Shown here piece after piece: positions 1 to 9,788 of a stretch of DNA of 64,000 bases (its first letter is position 1; each line of letters opens with the position of its first letter). The notes under the pieces are model-generated. The model made no database searches, was not told the DNA's origin, and saw only the letters and a list, made by a program, of their open reading frames with translations. The stretch covers positions 9,139 through 73,138 of the IMG/VR virus record IMGVR_UViG_3300018432_000005; one strand, given 5' to 3'. Both the position numbers and the translations under genes were made by a program. The stretch comes from a virus.

Positions 1-2
1 AC

Positions 3-809
3 TGCCTCAACGAGAGCGACACGACGGCCCTCAACGCGATCCAATCGGTCGGCGAAGGGCGCTGGGGCAAGACGGTGCGCAAACCGTTCGTTAGCTTCTC
101 CGGCCAGACCGCAGCCGAGGTCGCGGACGCCACGGCGATCAGTTCGCTGCGCCCGACCGACCGCATCAACGGCCACATCCCCTCGCCGGGCAGCGAGGAT
201 CTACCCTTCGTGGTTGCTGCCCGCGGCGTTGCGCGCATCGCGCGGGTCGCCAACAACTCGCCCTCGTGCGACTACGGCTCGCAGCCGCTGACGGGCCTCA
301 CCCCCGGCCCGGACGGCGCCCAGTGGAACTACGAGCAGCGCGACGCGGCCGTGAAGCTTGGCAGTTCGACGGTCGAGGTCAAGAACAGCGTCGTCTGCCT
401 GAGCGACGTCGTGACCTACTACCGGCCGACCGGCGAGCTTCCGCCCGCGTACCGGTTCGTCTGCGACATCGTGAAGCTGCAGAACCTCATCTTCAATCTG
501 TCGCTCGAGTTCGAGTCGCTCGAGTGGGATGGCAAGGCGCTCGTGCCCAACGATCAGCCCGTCGCGACGCCCGACGCGCGCAAGCCGCGTGACGTGATCG
601 CTGCGGCAAACAACGTGCTCGACGGCGCGGGGCTGCAGGCGCTCATCAGCGACACAGAGACGGCGAAGAAGCTGACGGCGTGCGTCATCAGCGCGCAGAA
701 CCCGAAGCGCTGGGATCTTCGCGTACGCGTGCAGCTGTCCGGCAACTCGAACGTGAAGAGCACCGACCTTCTGTTCGGCTTCTACTACGGCGCGCAGATC
801 GCCGCGTAA
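3..809 (+). CDS. Contractile tail sheath protein, C-terminal part (Mu gpL-like; 5' truncated)
   Basis: Frame open from the window edge; sheath-like C-terminus (LSDVVTYYRP...YRFVCDIVKLQN...NPKRWDLRV); first gene of a tube/chaperone/tape-measure block. Confidence 0.8.
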   Translation, partial: CLNESDTTALNAIQSVGEGRWGKTVRKPFVSFSGQTAAEVADATAISSLRPTDRINGHIPSPGSEDLPFVVAARGVARIARVANNSPSCDYGSQPLTGLTPGPDGAQWNYEQRDAAVKLGSSTVEVKNSVVCLSDVVTYYRPTGELPPAYRFVCDIVKLQNLIFNLSLEFESLEWDGKALVPNDQPVATPDARKPRDVIAAANNVLDGAGLQALISDTETAKKLTACVISAQNPKRWDLRVRVQLSGNSNVKSTDLLFGFYYGAQIAA

Positions 810-866
810 GCGAGACGCCCGCGCACAGCCGGGCGAATCAGCTTTCTAGAACCCGCCCGACGACGG

Positions 867-962
867 CCTTCGAGCGTCCGAGCATCTGAGCGCTTCGGCG
901 CTTGGACGCTCGGACGTCTGTCGTTCTGCACGTCCGACGGTCTGAACGTTTAGACATTTGGG
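867..962. repeat. Phased 8-bp repeat array A (12 units)
   Basis: ccttcgag cgtccgag catctgag cgcttcgg cgcttgga cgctcgga cgtctgtc gttctgca cgtccgac ggtctgaa cgtttaga catttggg, in the sheath-tube intergenic gap. Confidence 0.75.
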
Positions 963-971
963 GGTCTCATC

Positions 972-1367
972 ATGAGCGTTGGTGGCAGCATCGAATCAAT
1001 CTCGGTTCGCGGGCGGAACTTCTCCGTCGCAGCCGACGCAGACGGCACGCGCAAGCTAGGCGGATTCTCGAACGCGCTCGAGATGAACGGCGATGCGAGC
1101 GCGCGCGTGATCAAGACGCGCGTCGGCTGGGCCCTGAGCGGCATCACCGTCGACGTCAACGATGTGCGCGGCGATCACGAGTTCCTGCAGGAGCTTTGCG
1201 ACGGCAAGCGCGCCGACGCCGACGGCTACTTCCCCATCGTCGTCACGCTGGCTTCGGGCATCAGCTATTCGGGCAAGGGGCTGATCCTCGACGACCTCGA
1301 ATACAACACGCAGAACACGACCGCATCGCTCTCGCTGGGCGGTCCGGGCAAGCTGATTCAGCAGTAA
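972..1367 (+). CDS. Tail tube protein
   Basis: 131 aa, beta-rich, directly after the sheath gene. Confidence 0.75.
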   Translation: MSVGGSIESISVRGRNFSVAADADGTRKLGGFSNALEMNGDASARVIKTRVGWALSGITVDVNDVRGDHEFLQELCDGKRADADGYFPIVVTLASGISYSGKGLILDDLEYNTQNTTASLSLGGPGKLIQQ

Positions 1368-1396
1368 CTCGCGCCCCCTCTCTCCATCCTCGTCAA

Positions 1397-1435
1397 AGCG
1401 AGCGAGAGGGCCACGGGGCGCCCCTCTCGCTCGCT
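1397..1435 (+). promoter_or_regulatory. 14-bp hairpin just upstream of the chaperone start codon
   Basis: AGCGAGCGAGAGGG (1397-1410) pairs with CCCTCTCGCTCGCT (1422-1435); ATG at 1441. Confidence 0.55.
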
Positions 1436-1440
1436 CAGAA

Positions 1441-1854
1441 ATGAGCCATTCACACATGGGCGAAGTCGCGACAGAAGTAGCCGAGCAAGAGTTCGAGCGG
1501 TTTGCCGAAGCAATGGATCTGGACGTCGACCATTCCAAGATGGACGCCGATGATCGCAAGGGCTTCGACGACGCAAAGCGCACTCTCGTGCGCGCGCTCG
1601 AGACGGGTCACATGACCGTCGACGACAAGGGGCAGCCGGTGCTGCATCCGACGACCGGGGCCGCCGACCTGACCTTCTACGAGCCGACCGGCGCCACCTT
1701 CATGGAGATGGACGGCCAGAAGACGTCCCATCAGATGGGCCGGCTGATCGTGCTGATCGCCGCGATGACGCGCGTTGCACCGAAGGTGATCTCGTCGCTG
1801 CCAAACCGCGACTTCAAGATCTGCAAAACGCTCGTCGTTCTTTTTTTGGGCTGA
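1441..1854 (+). CDS. Tail assembly chaperone (G-like)
   Basis: Lies between tube and tape measure genes; ends in slippery CTT TTT TTG GGC TGA. Confidence 0.8.
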   Translation: MSHSHMGEVATEVAEQEFERFAEAMDLDVDHSKMDADDRKGFDDAKRTLVRALETGHMTVDDKGQPVLHPTTGAADLTFYEPTGATFMEMDGQKTSHQMGRLIVLIAAMTRVAPKVISSLPNRDFKICKTLVVLFLG

Positions 1855-2132
1855 ACGTCTCGACGTTACTGGTGCGCGGCGGCGCAGACGCGAGGTTGGT
1901 CAAAAGGCTCGACCGCGAGCCCAAAGAACCTGGCCACACACTCCTGCCCGTCTACGTTGAGATGCTGCTGCAGTGCTGCATCGACTATCCGGGTCTGCCC
2001 GATCCGCGAACGCTGACGATGGGCGAGATCCGATTCTTCTATTCCGGCCGGCGCGGTGCCTTGAAGAAGGACACCGCGCCGCGACACGAAAAGAAGCCAC
2101 AACTGACGCGGCGCCCTCGGCGCAAAAGGTAA
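1842..2132 (+). CDS. -1 frameshift extension of the tail chaperone (GT / E+E'-like)
   Basis: -1 frame is open from T TTT TTG (1842-1848) to TAA at 2132 and encodes ...DYPGLPDPRTLTMGEIRFFY. Confidence 0.75.
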   Translation, partial: FFGLNVSTLLVRGGADARLVKRLDREPKEPGHTLLPVYVEMLLQCCIDYPGLPDPRTLTMGEIRFFYSGRRGALKKDTAPRHEKKPQLTRRPRRKR

Positions 2133-2141
2133 GGTCTGCAC

Positions 2142-4262
2142 ATGGCGGGGAGATACAGCGTCGACGCGGTCTTCCGCGCGATCGATCGCATGACCGCGCC
2201 GATCAACAAGATGCAGTCCCGGATGTCGAAGTTCGTGAAGGCGACCGAGACGGGGATCAAGAGCCTCGACAAGGCGGCAGACAAGTGGCTCGCCGGCCTC
2301 ACGCGCGCGAGCGTGGGACTGTCGGTCGCGGCCGCGGCGTCGACGGCTGCCCTTGCGGCCGCCGCACAACCCGGCATGGAGTTCGAGCAGCAGATCGCCA
2401 ACCTGGGCGCCGCCTATCTCAAGACGCGCGACCAGATCGCGCCGCTCGAGAAAGAGGCGTTGCGTCTGGGCGCTGCGACGCAGTTTTCCGCAACCGACGT
2501 CGCGGGCGCGCTCGAGTCGATGGCCAAAGCGGGCTTCTCCGAAGAGCAAGCGCTCGCGGGCATTGAAGGCATGACCTACGCGGCGGCCGCGGCCGGCGAA
2601 GACCTCGTGCAGACCTCGGCCGCGATCGGCGCCGTCATGAAAGGCATGGGCATCGAGACGTCGCAGACGACCAAAGTCGCCGACCTGCTCGCGCTCGCGA
2701 GCGTCAAGACGGCAAGCTCGATCGGCTCGCTGGCCGAGAGCATGTCGAAGGTCGGGCCCGTTGCGCGGCAGCTCGATATCCCCCTGAAAGACGTGGTCGC
2801 GATGGTGGCATCGCTGCAAGACGCGGGGCTCGACGCGTCCGAGGCGGGCAGCGCAACGGCGACCATGCTGACGATGATGGCCTCGCCGTCCAAGGCCGTC
2901 ACCGCCCAGATGAAGAAGCTCGGCATCAGCTTCAAGGACGCGACGGGCAACATGAAGGCGCCCGCGCTCGTCCTGGGCGAGCTCGTGAAGGCGGGCAAGA
3001 AAGCGGGCGGCAACATGGAGCAGCTCGCCTTCTTCGCCGACCTCGTCGGGCTCCGCGGCCAGAAGGCGGCGATCAACCTCAAAGAGCTCTTCGAGTCAGG
3101 CGCCTACGACAAACTAGTCGGCGAGCTCGACGCGGCCGCGGGTACGGCGAAGCAGATGTCGGACCTTCGCATGTCGACGCTGACGGGCGACATCGACAAG
3201 ATGACCGAGAGCGTCAAGACGCTCGCGATCGACGCATACTCGGTTCAGAGCGGAGGCCTGCGCGGCATCGTCTCGGGCATGACCGAGTGGATCGATAAAA
3301 ATCGCGAGGTCATCGGTCAGAACGTCAACGGCTTCTTCAAGACGCTCGCCGACAACTTCGAGTCGATCGTGACGTGGATCCGGCGCATCGGCACCGTGAT
3401 CGCCGTCATCACCGCCGCGTCGATTGCCGTCAAGCTGTTCGCGGGCGCGGTGCAGATCCTGACCTGGGCCATGGCTGCCAACCCCATGACGCTGCTGATC
3501 GTCGGCATCGTCGCAGCCCTCGCGCTGATCCTCGCGTTTTGGCCTGAAATCGAGGCCTTCTTCGGCGCCATGTGGGAGGGCATCGTCAGCATCGCGAGCT
3601 CGATCGGCAACGCCATCGGCAGCGCGGTCGGCGCGATCTTCGACTTCTACAAGCGGGCGTGGATGGCCATCTTCGAGTTCATCGTCGGACTGTTCACGTT
3701 GATCTGGCGCATGGTGAAGCCCGCCATTCAGCCCGCGCTCGACTTCATCCTCTCGATCGCGACGACGATCTACGAGTACGTCATCGTTCCGCTCGGGCAG
3801 TTCTTCGCAGCGCTCTGGCGAGGCGTGAGCGACGCTGCGGCCGCTGCGTGGCAGTACATCGCGGACGGCGCGAAATACTGGTTTGACGTCACGGTCGCGA
3901 TCTGGTCGGTCATCGGCGGCGTCTTCAAGGCCATCTGGGATGGCATCGCGGCCGCCTTCATGGCGATCCTCGGCCCCGTGTTCGACAAGATCATGTGGGC
4001 GATCGACAAGGTGCGCGCGCTCGGACGCGCGACCCTCGGCACCGATGAAGGGGAGGGCACGCCCGACAGCGCCGCCCCCATGAGCTCGCAGCCACAGGTC
4101 ATCAGCCCCTCGGACCGCATCGCGCAGTCGATCAGCGAGACGACGACCACGCAGCAAAGCGAGGTCACGATCCGCGACACGACGGGCAAGGCCACGATCA
4201 CGAAGAAGCCGGCAGGCGGCGGCATCGGTCTTCGCGTGGCACCGTCGGGGGCGTTCCGGTGA
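2142..4262 (+). CDS. Tail tape measure protein (TP901-type core)
   Basis: 706 aa, Ala-rich; TQFSATDVAGALESMAKAGF and KVADLLA...S motifs; W-spaced hydrophobic repeats. Confidence 0.92.
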   Translation: MAGRYSVDAVFRAIDRMTAPINKMQSRMSKFVKATETGIKSLDKAADKWLAGLTRASVGLSVAAAASTAALAAAAQPGMEFEQQIANLGAAYLKTRDQIAPLEKEALRLGAATQFSATDVAGALESMAKAGFSEEQALAGIEGMTYAAAAAGEDLVQTSAAIGAVMKGMGIETSQTTKVADLLALASVKTASSIGSLAESMSKVGPVARQLDIPLKDVVAMVASLQDAGLDASEAGSATATMLTMMASPSKAVTAQMKKLGISFKDATGNMKAPALVLGELVKAGKKAGGNMEQLAFFADLVGLRGQKAAINLKELFESGAYDKLVGELDAAAGTAKQMSDLRMSTLTGDIDKMTESVKTLAIDAYSVQSGGLRGIVSGMTEWIDKNREVIGQNVNGFFKTLADNFESIVTWIRRIGTVIAVITAASIAVKLFAGAVQILTWAMAANPMTLLIVGIVAALALILAFWPEIEAFFGAMWEGIVSIASSIGNAIGSAVGAIFDFYKRAWMAIFEFIVGLFTLIWRMVKPAIQPALDFILSIATTIYEYVIVPLGQFFAALWRGVSDAAAAAWQYIADGAKYWFDVTVAIWSVIGGVFKAIWDGIAAAFMAILGPVFDKIMWAIDKVRALGRATLGTDEGEGTPDSAAPMSSQPQVISPSDRIAQSISETTTTQQSEVTIRDTTGKATITKKPAGGGIGLRVAPSGAFR

Positions 4263-5521
4263 CGTGGGAAGACCGCGTTCGACCAGCCGCGTACACGCCT
4301 CCGAGCGGCGTGCGCATGGTCTTTCAGTACGAAGACGTGTCACGCGAGGTCGACAAGCGAACAACGGGCTTCGAGTTCCCGGATGTTGACGGGGGCTACG
4401 TCCAGGACAACGGGCACGGCTCGCGCCGCTACCCGCTGCGCTGCTACTTCTCGGGCGCTAGCCACGACCTGCAAGCGACCGCGTTCGAGCTCGCGCTGCT
4501 CGAGCGGGGTCCGGGTCGGCTCGAGCACCCCTTCTATGGGTCGTTCGACGCGATCGCCTTCGGGACGATCACCCGGCGCGACGACCTCAAGACGGCGGCC
4601 AACCAGAGCATCATCGACGTCGTCTTCTGGACGACCATCGGCGCGCTGTACCCGTCGGGTCTGATGAGCCCGCGCAACGAACTGTTGGTCGCGCTCGACG
4701 CCTTCGACTTTGCCATCGCGACGGAGTTCGAAGAAACGATGCAGCTCGAGCGCGCGGCCGCGCGCGTGGCCACGAAGGCCAACACGCGTTCGCTGCTGCG
4801 CTACGTGTCGGACGCTCTCGAAGGCATTGCCGCAGGCGCCGAGGCCGTCAACCGCGACTTCCGCGAAGCGCAGTCGGCCGTCAACTACGGCCTCGACGTG
4901 CTGGTCGGTCAGCCCCTTCTGCTCGCGCAGCAGATCGGCAACCTCGTCACCGCGCCCGCGCGCGCGCTCGTCGGGCTCGAGATGCGCCTCGAAGGCTATC
5001 GCCAGCTCGCGCAGCGCATCTTCGCGACGACCTCCCTAGGCGCCCCATTTCAGAGCCCGGCCCTGTCCCGCATGCAGCTCAGTCTGACCAACGGCTACCG
5101 CACCGCCGACCTGTTCGCGATGCACGCCGTTGCCGGCTCGCTGCGCGCGGTCATCGAGACGACCTTCCAGAGCAAGCCCGCCGCGCTCGCGGCCGCCGAC
5201 ACCGTGCTGACGCAGTTCGACGACGTCGTCGCATGGCGCGACCGGGCGGCCGAGTCTCTGGGGATCGTCGACCGTGGCGCCGCGCAGCAAGCGCTGCAGC
5301 ACGCAACCGCGCGCGCAGCCGGCTACCTGATCGAGCAGTCCTACGCGCTCGCAGCAGAGCGGCGCATCGTGCTCGACCGGCCACGTACGATCATCGACCT
5401 GGCTGCCGAGCTGTACGGCAGCGTCGACGACAAGCTCGACCTCTTGATCAGCACCAACGAACTCACCGGCGCCGAGGTGCTCGAGCTGCCGCGGGGGACG
5501 AGCATTGCCTACTACCGATAG
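4259..5521 (+). CDS. Mu gp43-like DNA circularisation / tail protein
   Basis: N-terminal TWEDRVRPAAY...FEFPDVDGGYVQDNG...GRLEHPFYG; C-terminal LAAELYG. Confidence 0.85.
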   Translation: MTWEDRVRPAAYTPPSGVRMVFQYEDVSREVDKRTTGFEFPDVDGGYVQDNGHGSRRYPLRCYFSGASHDLQATAFELALLERGPGRLEHPFYGSFDAIAFGTITRRDDLKTAANQSIIDVVFWTTIGALYPSGLMSPRNELLVALDAFDFAIATEFEETMQLERAAARVATKANTRSLLRYVSDALEGIAAGAEAVNRDFREAQSAVNYGLDVLVGQPLLLAQQIGNLVTAPARALVGLEMRLEGYRQLAQRIFATTSLGAPFQSPALSRMQLSLTNGYRTADLFAMHAVAGSLRAVIETTFQSKPAALAAADTVLTQFDDVVAWRDRAAESLGIVDRGAAQQALQHATARAAGYLIEQSYALAAERRIVLDRPRTIIDLAAELYGSVDDKLDLLISTNELTGAEVLELPRGTSIAYYR

Positions 5522-6593
5522 CCGCGACTCGGTCGCGGTGCTGATCGATGACCGGGCATGGCGCGGCGTCAATGACATCGAGTTGCATCGCGGCATCGAC
5601 ACGCATCCGACCATCGGCTTTGCGTCCCCGTTCGATCCTGAACGGCGCGAGATGCGCGAGACGTTTCGGCCGATGTCCTTCAAGCCGCTCGTCGCCACAA
5701 TCGGGGGCGAGCCCCTCTTCACGGGCAAGCTCGTCGAGGCCGTCCCCACGCGCGATGCAAAGTCGAGCGTCGTGCAGTGCAGCGGCTACTCGTTGCCGGC
5801 CGAGCTCGAAGACATCAACTTGCCCGGCGACCGCGTGCCCTTCGAGGCTTCGGGCCTGAGTCTGCGTCAGATTGCCGAGGCGCTCGCGAGCATCAACGGG
5901 ATCACGGTCCTGATGCTCGTCGACGACGGCGGCGCGTTTTCGAAGGTCCACACGAGGCAGCGCAGCGTCGACACGCGCGTCGACCACGACACGAAGATCG
6001 ACGCGTTCCTCGTCGAGCTCGCCAAGCAGCGCGGCATCGTTCGGACGAGCAACGCGCGGGGTCAGCTCGTCTTCTGGCAGAGCGTGCGACCCGGCAACCC
6101 CGTTGCACGCCTTGTCGAGGGCGAGCCCGGCATCGTGTCGGTCGTGCCCTCGTTCAGTCCGCAGGACTACTACAGCGAGATCACCGGCTTCACCTCTGCC
6201 AAGCGCGGCCGCACCGGCTCGCAGTTCACAGAGCGAAACCGTCGCCTGTCTGGCGGCGTGCTGCGCCCGATGTCGTTCCGCCTCGACGATGTAGAGAAGG
6301 GCGACGCCCCGAACGCGGTGCGCGCGAAGATGGCGCGCATGTTCGGCAACGCCGTCAGCTACGTCGTGAATCTGCCGTCATGGCGCGGACCCAACGGCGA
6401 GCTTTGGGAGCCGAACACGACGATCACGCTGCAGGCGCCGGGCGCGATGGTCTACGGCGAGACAGAGCTCCTGATCCGCGACGTCTATCTGAAGCAGTCC
6501 GACAGCGAGCAGACCGCGTCGCTGGGCTGCGTGCTACCGGGCGCGTTCTCGGGCGAGCAGCCTGATCGCATGCCCTGGGATGAGCCGCTATGA
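5505..6593 (+). CDS. Baseplate hub (Mu gp44/P-like)
   Basis: Position in module; WRGPNGELWEPN motif. Confidence 0.82.
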   Translation: MPTTDSRDSVAVLIDDRAWRGVNDIELHRGIDTHPTIGFASPFDPERREMRETFRPMSFKPLVATIGGEPLFTGKLVEAVPTRDAKSSVVQCSGYSLPAELEDINLPGDRVPFEASGLSLRQIAEALASINGITVLMLVDDGGAFSKVHTRQRSVDTRVDHDTKIDAFLVELAKQRGIVRTSNARGQLVFWQSVRPGNPVARLVEGEPGIVSVVPSFSPQDYYSEITGFTSAKRGRTGSQFTERNRRLSGGVLRPMSFRLDDVEKGDAPNAVRAKMARMFGNAVSYVVNLPSWRGPNGELWEPNTTITLQAPGAMVYGETELLIRDVYLKQSDSEQTASLGCVLPGAFSGEQPDRMPWDEPL

Positions 6594-7123
6594 GCCGCAT
6601 CGGCGAGGTGCTGTCGACAGAGCGCGTGGTCGAAGATGGCGCGTACGGCGTCGACGTGAAGTTCGATCCAGGGGGCGGCGCGAACGCCACCGCGCCGCAC
6701 TTCGCCGACCCTGGTGACGACTCCCTGCCGCTGCCCGGCGACTTCCTCGCGCTCGAAGACTCGGTCGGCGCAGGAGCCGAGCAAGCGACCGGCTACGCGG
6801 ACACACGCAACGCAGGCAAGGCTCGTCCAGGCGAGAAGCGCATCTACGCGCGCGACGCGTCGGGCGCCGTCGTCGTCGACCTCTGGCTGCAGCGCGACGG
6901 CTCCATCGTCATCAGCAACGGCGCGGGTTCCTTCACCATGAAGAAGACCGGCGCCGTCGAGATCAACGGCGTCGTCATCGGCGTCGACGGCAGCATCAGC
7001 GCAAAGGGCGAGGTCACCGCGAACGCGTCGACGCCGCTGCCGATCAAACTCTCGGCGCACACGCACCTGACGGCAGGCACGGGCACGCCCAGTAAGCCCG
7101 TACCCTTTCCCCCAACACCGTAA
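6590..7123 (+). CDS. Baseplate spike (Mu gp45 / gpV-like)
   Basis: RPGEKRIYARD, beta-helix-like repeats, terminal HxH (AHTH). Confidence 0.82.
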   Translation: MSRIGEVLSTERVVEDGAYGVDVKFDPGGGANATAPHFADPGDDSLPLPGDFLALEDSVGAGAEQATGYADTRNAGKARPGEKRIYARDASGAVVVDLWLQRDGSIVISNGAGSFTMKKTGAVEINGVVIGVDGSISAKGEVTANASTPLPIKLSAHTHLTAGTGTPSKPVPFPPTP

Positions 7124-7132
7124 GGCAGACGC

Positions 7133-8176
7133 ATGACGATCTCGTTTGCCGTGCCGAGCGGTGTGCCACTGCCGCATCGCTACGCGTCGCGCATCTTCAC
7201 GGCGACGCGTGAGCTTTCCTATTGCTGCGCGCACTTCGTGTCGGGTCCGCAGCGGCCGCAGGAGTTCGTCTATCGCGACGGGGCTTTCCAGTGGCCGTAT
7301 CTCGAGAGCAAGCGCGAGGGCGACACGTACACGATCGTCCGCACGGGCGGCTGGCCGCGCAACTTGGAATTGCGGCCGAAGGAAGTGCCCGAACAGTCAG
7401 GGGCACCGTCGTCGTTCTGGGACACGCTCTACGAAGTCGACCTGCGCACGCTGCCGAGCCAGTCGATCCCCGTCGGCAACAGTGCCTATCTCTCGTTCGT
7501 GCTCGACGGTCAGCCTTGGTACGCGCACACGTCGAACGGCAGCCTTGCTGTCGTCAACGGGCAAGGCATCGTCGGATCCGCGCAGTACGACGCGAGCGGC
7601 GGCAACGGTTACGCAGGCGTGCACTTCGGGCTGCGTGCGTACGCGATGGCCGGATACGACCAGACCAAGCAGACCGCAGCGCTCGTCAAGTACGCGGGCG
7701 ACCTGAGCGCTTCGCCTGGCGGGCAGGTGCTGGGCGCATCGAACTGGACGGGGGGCGAGAACTGGGGCTACGGCCCCGGCTACACCGCGTCGATCTTGAA
7801 AGCCACGAAGTCGGACGTGCACTTTTTCGCTACCAACCAAGGGGCGGGGCCGGGGCTTGCGTACGCTGCGCACCCCGGCGAAGACTGGCTCGAGTGGACC
7901 TTTGCCACGACGGCTATGCCCATGGTCGGGATGGGCTCGCCTGACTACACGTCACTGCGCACGCATGCTCGTATGGGCGCGGTGTTGCGCGGCGGCGTTG
8001 ACGCTTACGCCGTCATGCCGCCGATGGAAAGTCTCGCAGGCATCGGGATGCGCAACGGCACCGGCAACGGCGAAAGCTCTTCACTCAAGATCGGCTTCTA
8101 CGCCGGCTCGAACAACGGCGTCTCGATTCCGTTCCGCGCCACGCACATCAAAGTCGTGCAGAGGGCAGTGCCATGA
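7133..8176 (+). CDS. Putative virion / receptor-binding protein, paralog 1
   Basis: Gly/aromatic beta-rich; N-terminal half clearly similar to 8173..9219. Confidence 0.55.
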   Translation: MTISFAVPSGVPLPHRYASRIFTATRELSYCCAHFVSGPQRPQEFVYRDGAFQWPYLESKREGDTYTIVRTGGWPRNLELRPKEVPEQSGAPSSFWDTLYEVDLRTLPSQSIPVGNSAYLSFVLDGQPWYAHTSNGSLAVVNGQGIVGSAQYDASGGNGYAGVHFGLRAYAMAGYDQTKQTAALVKYAGDLSASPGGQVLGASNWTGGENWGYGPGYTASILKATKSDVHFFATNQGAGPGLAYAAHPGEDWLEWTFATTAMPMVGMGSPDYTSLRTHARMGAVLRGGVDAYAVMPPMESLAGIGMRNGTGNGESSSLKIGFYAGSNNGVSIPFRATHIKVVQRAVP

Positions 8177-9219
8177 CGGTCACGTTCTCTGTGCCGACGG
8201 GTGAGTTCCTGCCATCGCGCACCGCGCCGCGCGTCTTCACGTGCACGCGCGAGCTTGAGTTTGCATGCGTGCGGTATCGACCTGACGCTGACAAGCCCGT
8301 TCCGCGCGCAGTCGAGATGGTCTGGTTCAACGGAGAGTTTCAATACCCTTACTCGCTCGCTTCGAACGTCAAAGGCAACACGTACACCGTCGTTCGACAG
8401 GGCGGCTGGTCTGAGGATCTCGAGCTTCATGTGCGCGAGGTGACGCCGCTGCCGGCGACGCTCTGGTCGACGCTCTACCAGAAAGACCTGCGCACGCTGC
8501 CCAATCAGGTGATCCTGCCGAAGCTCTACGGCCAGTACCTGGATAGCGGTTACATCCCGGTCACGCTCGACGGCGTTGCATGGGCGCTGCAAGCAAACAA
8601 TGGCATCGCGAGCGTCGTCAACGGCGCAGGCATCGCTGTCACGTCGAACGGGACAGCGAGCGGCGGCAACGGCTACGCGGGCTGTCACATGAGCATTCGC
8701 GCAGACCTGTTGCCTGGCTTTGACCCGGCGAAGAAGACCTGTGTGCAGATTCGCGCGACAGGCTTGGCGACGCAGCTCAAGCACGTTGGGGCGAGCATGT
8801 ACACGGGAGCTTCCCAGTACGCGCCGGCAAACGATCATATCGGCGTGCGCTTTGGCGTCGGCGGATCGGGCGTGCGCGCGAACATCTTCGGCATCGTGGG
8901 CACCAACGGCTTTTTCACGGCCAACTACTACGGAGTCGATCCGCTCGTCTCCACACCTGACGTTGGCAATCGCGTCTTCGCCGTCGCGTGGTCACCCAAG
9001 TTCATCGACACGCAGGGCAACCAAAGTCAGGCCCGGTACTCGCTGTTTGGCAGCTGGGGCGGGGCGATGCCGGCCCCCGAAGACATGGAGCCAGTGAGCG
9101 CGAACAAGTTCTCGTTCGACATCAACGATCCTGCGCTCGCGGGCATGTACGTCGGCGCAGACTCGGGTGGCGGCGAGCCGATCTTCCACCTGACTCACAT
9201 TCGGGTGTTGCAGAAATGA
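8173..9219 (+). CDS. Putative virion / receptor-binding protein, paralog 2
   Basis: Shares F.VP.G..LP.R.A.R.FT.TREL, DLRTLP.Q, ASGGNGYAG.H and THI.V.Q with 7133..8176. Confidence 0.55.
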   Translation: MTVTFSVPTGEFLPSRTAPRVFTCTRELEFACVRYRPDADKPVPRAVEMVWFNGEFQYPYSLASNVKGNTYTVVRQGGWSEDLELHVREVTPLPATLWSTLYQKDLRTLPNQVILPKLYGQYLDSGYIPVTLDGVAWALQANNGIASVVNGAGIAVTSNGTASGGNGYAGCHMSIRADLLPGFDPAKKTCVQIRATGLATQLKHVGASMYTGASQYAPANDHIGVRFGVGGSGVRANIFGIVGTNGFFTANYYGVDPLVSTPDVGNRVFAVAWSPKFIDTQGNQSQARYSLFGSWGGAMPAPEDMEPVSANKFSFDINDPALAGMYVGADSGGGEPIFHLTHIRVLQK

Positions 9220-9788
9220 CGACCGATTTCGCCGTCTACTACCTGCCCGAAGGCGAGCAGCCCGAAGCGGGCGACGTCGCCGTCTACCCGCTGCCGCTCG
9301 TCACTGAAGAGACGCGCTCGAGTGTCCGCCAGCGCGCGCCCATCTCCGACGTCCGCATGTTTCACGGACCGGATGGCGGCGACATCGCCTTCGTTGGCGG
9401 TCTGCTCGAGATGTCTGACGGTCTGTTCGAGGCGGTCTACCTCTCGCTGTTCGGCGGCAACGATCGCGACAGCGGATTGCCGGGCGACCTGTCTAAGCAG
9501 TGGTGGGGCAACTTCTCGGAGCCTGACCCCGCCAAGCACTACCGCAGCGAGACGCAGTTCTTGCTCGACACGTTGCCGCCGACGTCGGGCAACCTCCGCC
9601 GCATCGAGGCGGCCGTGACCAATGACCTTGCGTGGCTGACGTCGTCGAAGCTCGTGCGCGCCGTGCGTGCGACCGTGTCGATGCCCGCGCGCTCGAGCAT
9701 TCACATCGCGGGCGAGATCGACGTCGACGGCAGCGCCGAAGGCTATCGATTTGCCATCCCGCGCACCTGGGGAGCACGCGCCGCATGA
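9216..9788 (+). CDS. Baseplate wedge protein (Mu gp46-like)
   Basis: GLFEAVYLSLFGG...QWWGN...NDLAWL; ATG overlaps the upstream stop. Confidence 0.8.
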   Translation: MTTDFAVYYLPEGEQPEAGDVAVYPLPLVTEETRSSVRQRAPISDVRMFHGPDGGDIAFVGGLLEMSDGLFEAVYLSLFGGNDRDSGLPGDLSKQWWGNFSEPDPAKHYRSETQFLLDTLPPTSGNLRRIEAAVTNDLAWLTSSKLVRAVRATVSMPARSSIHIAGEIDVDGSAEGYRFAIPRTWGARAA

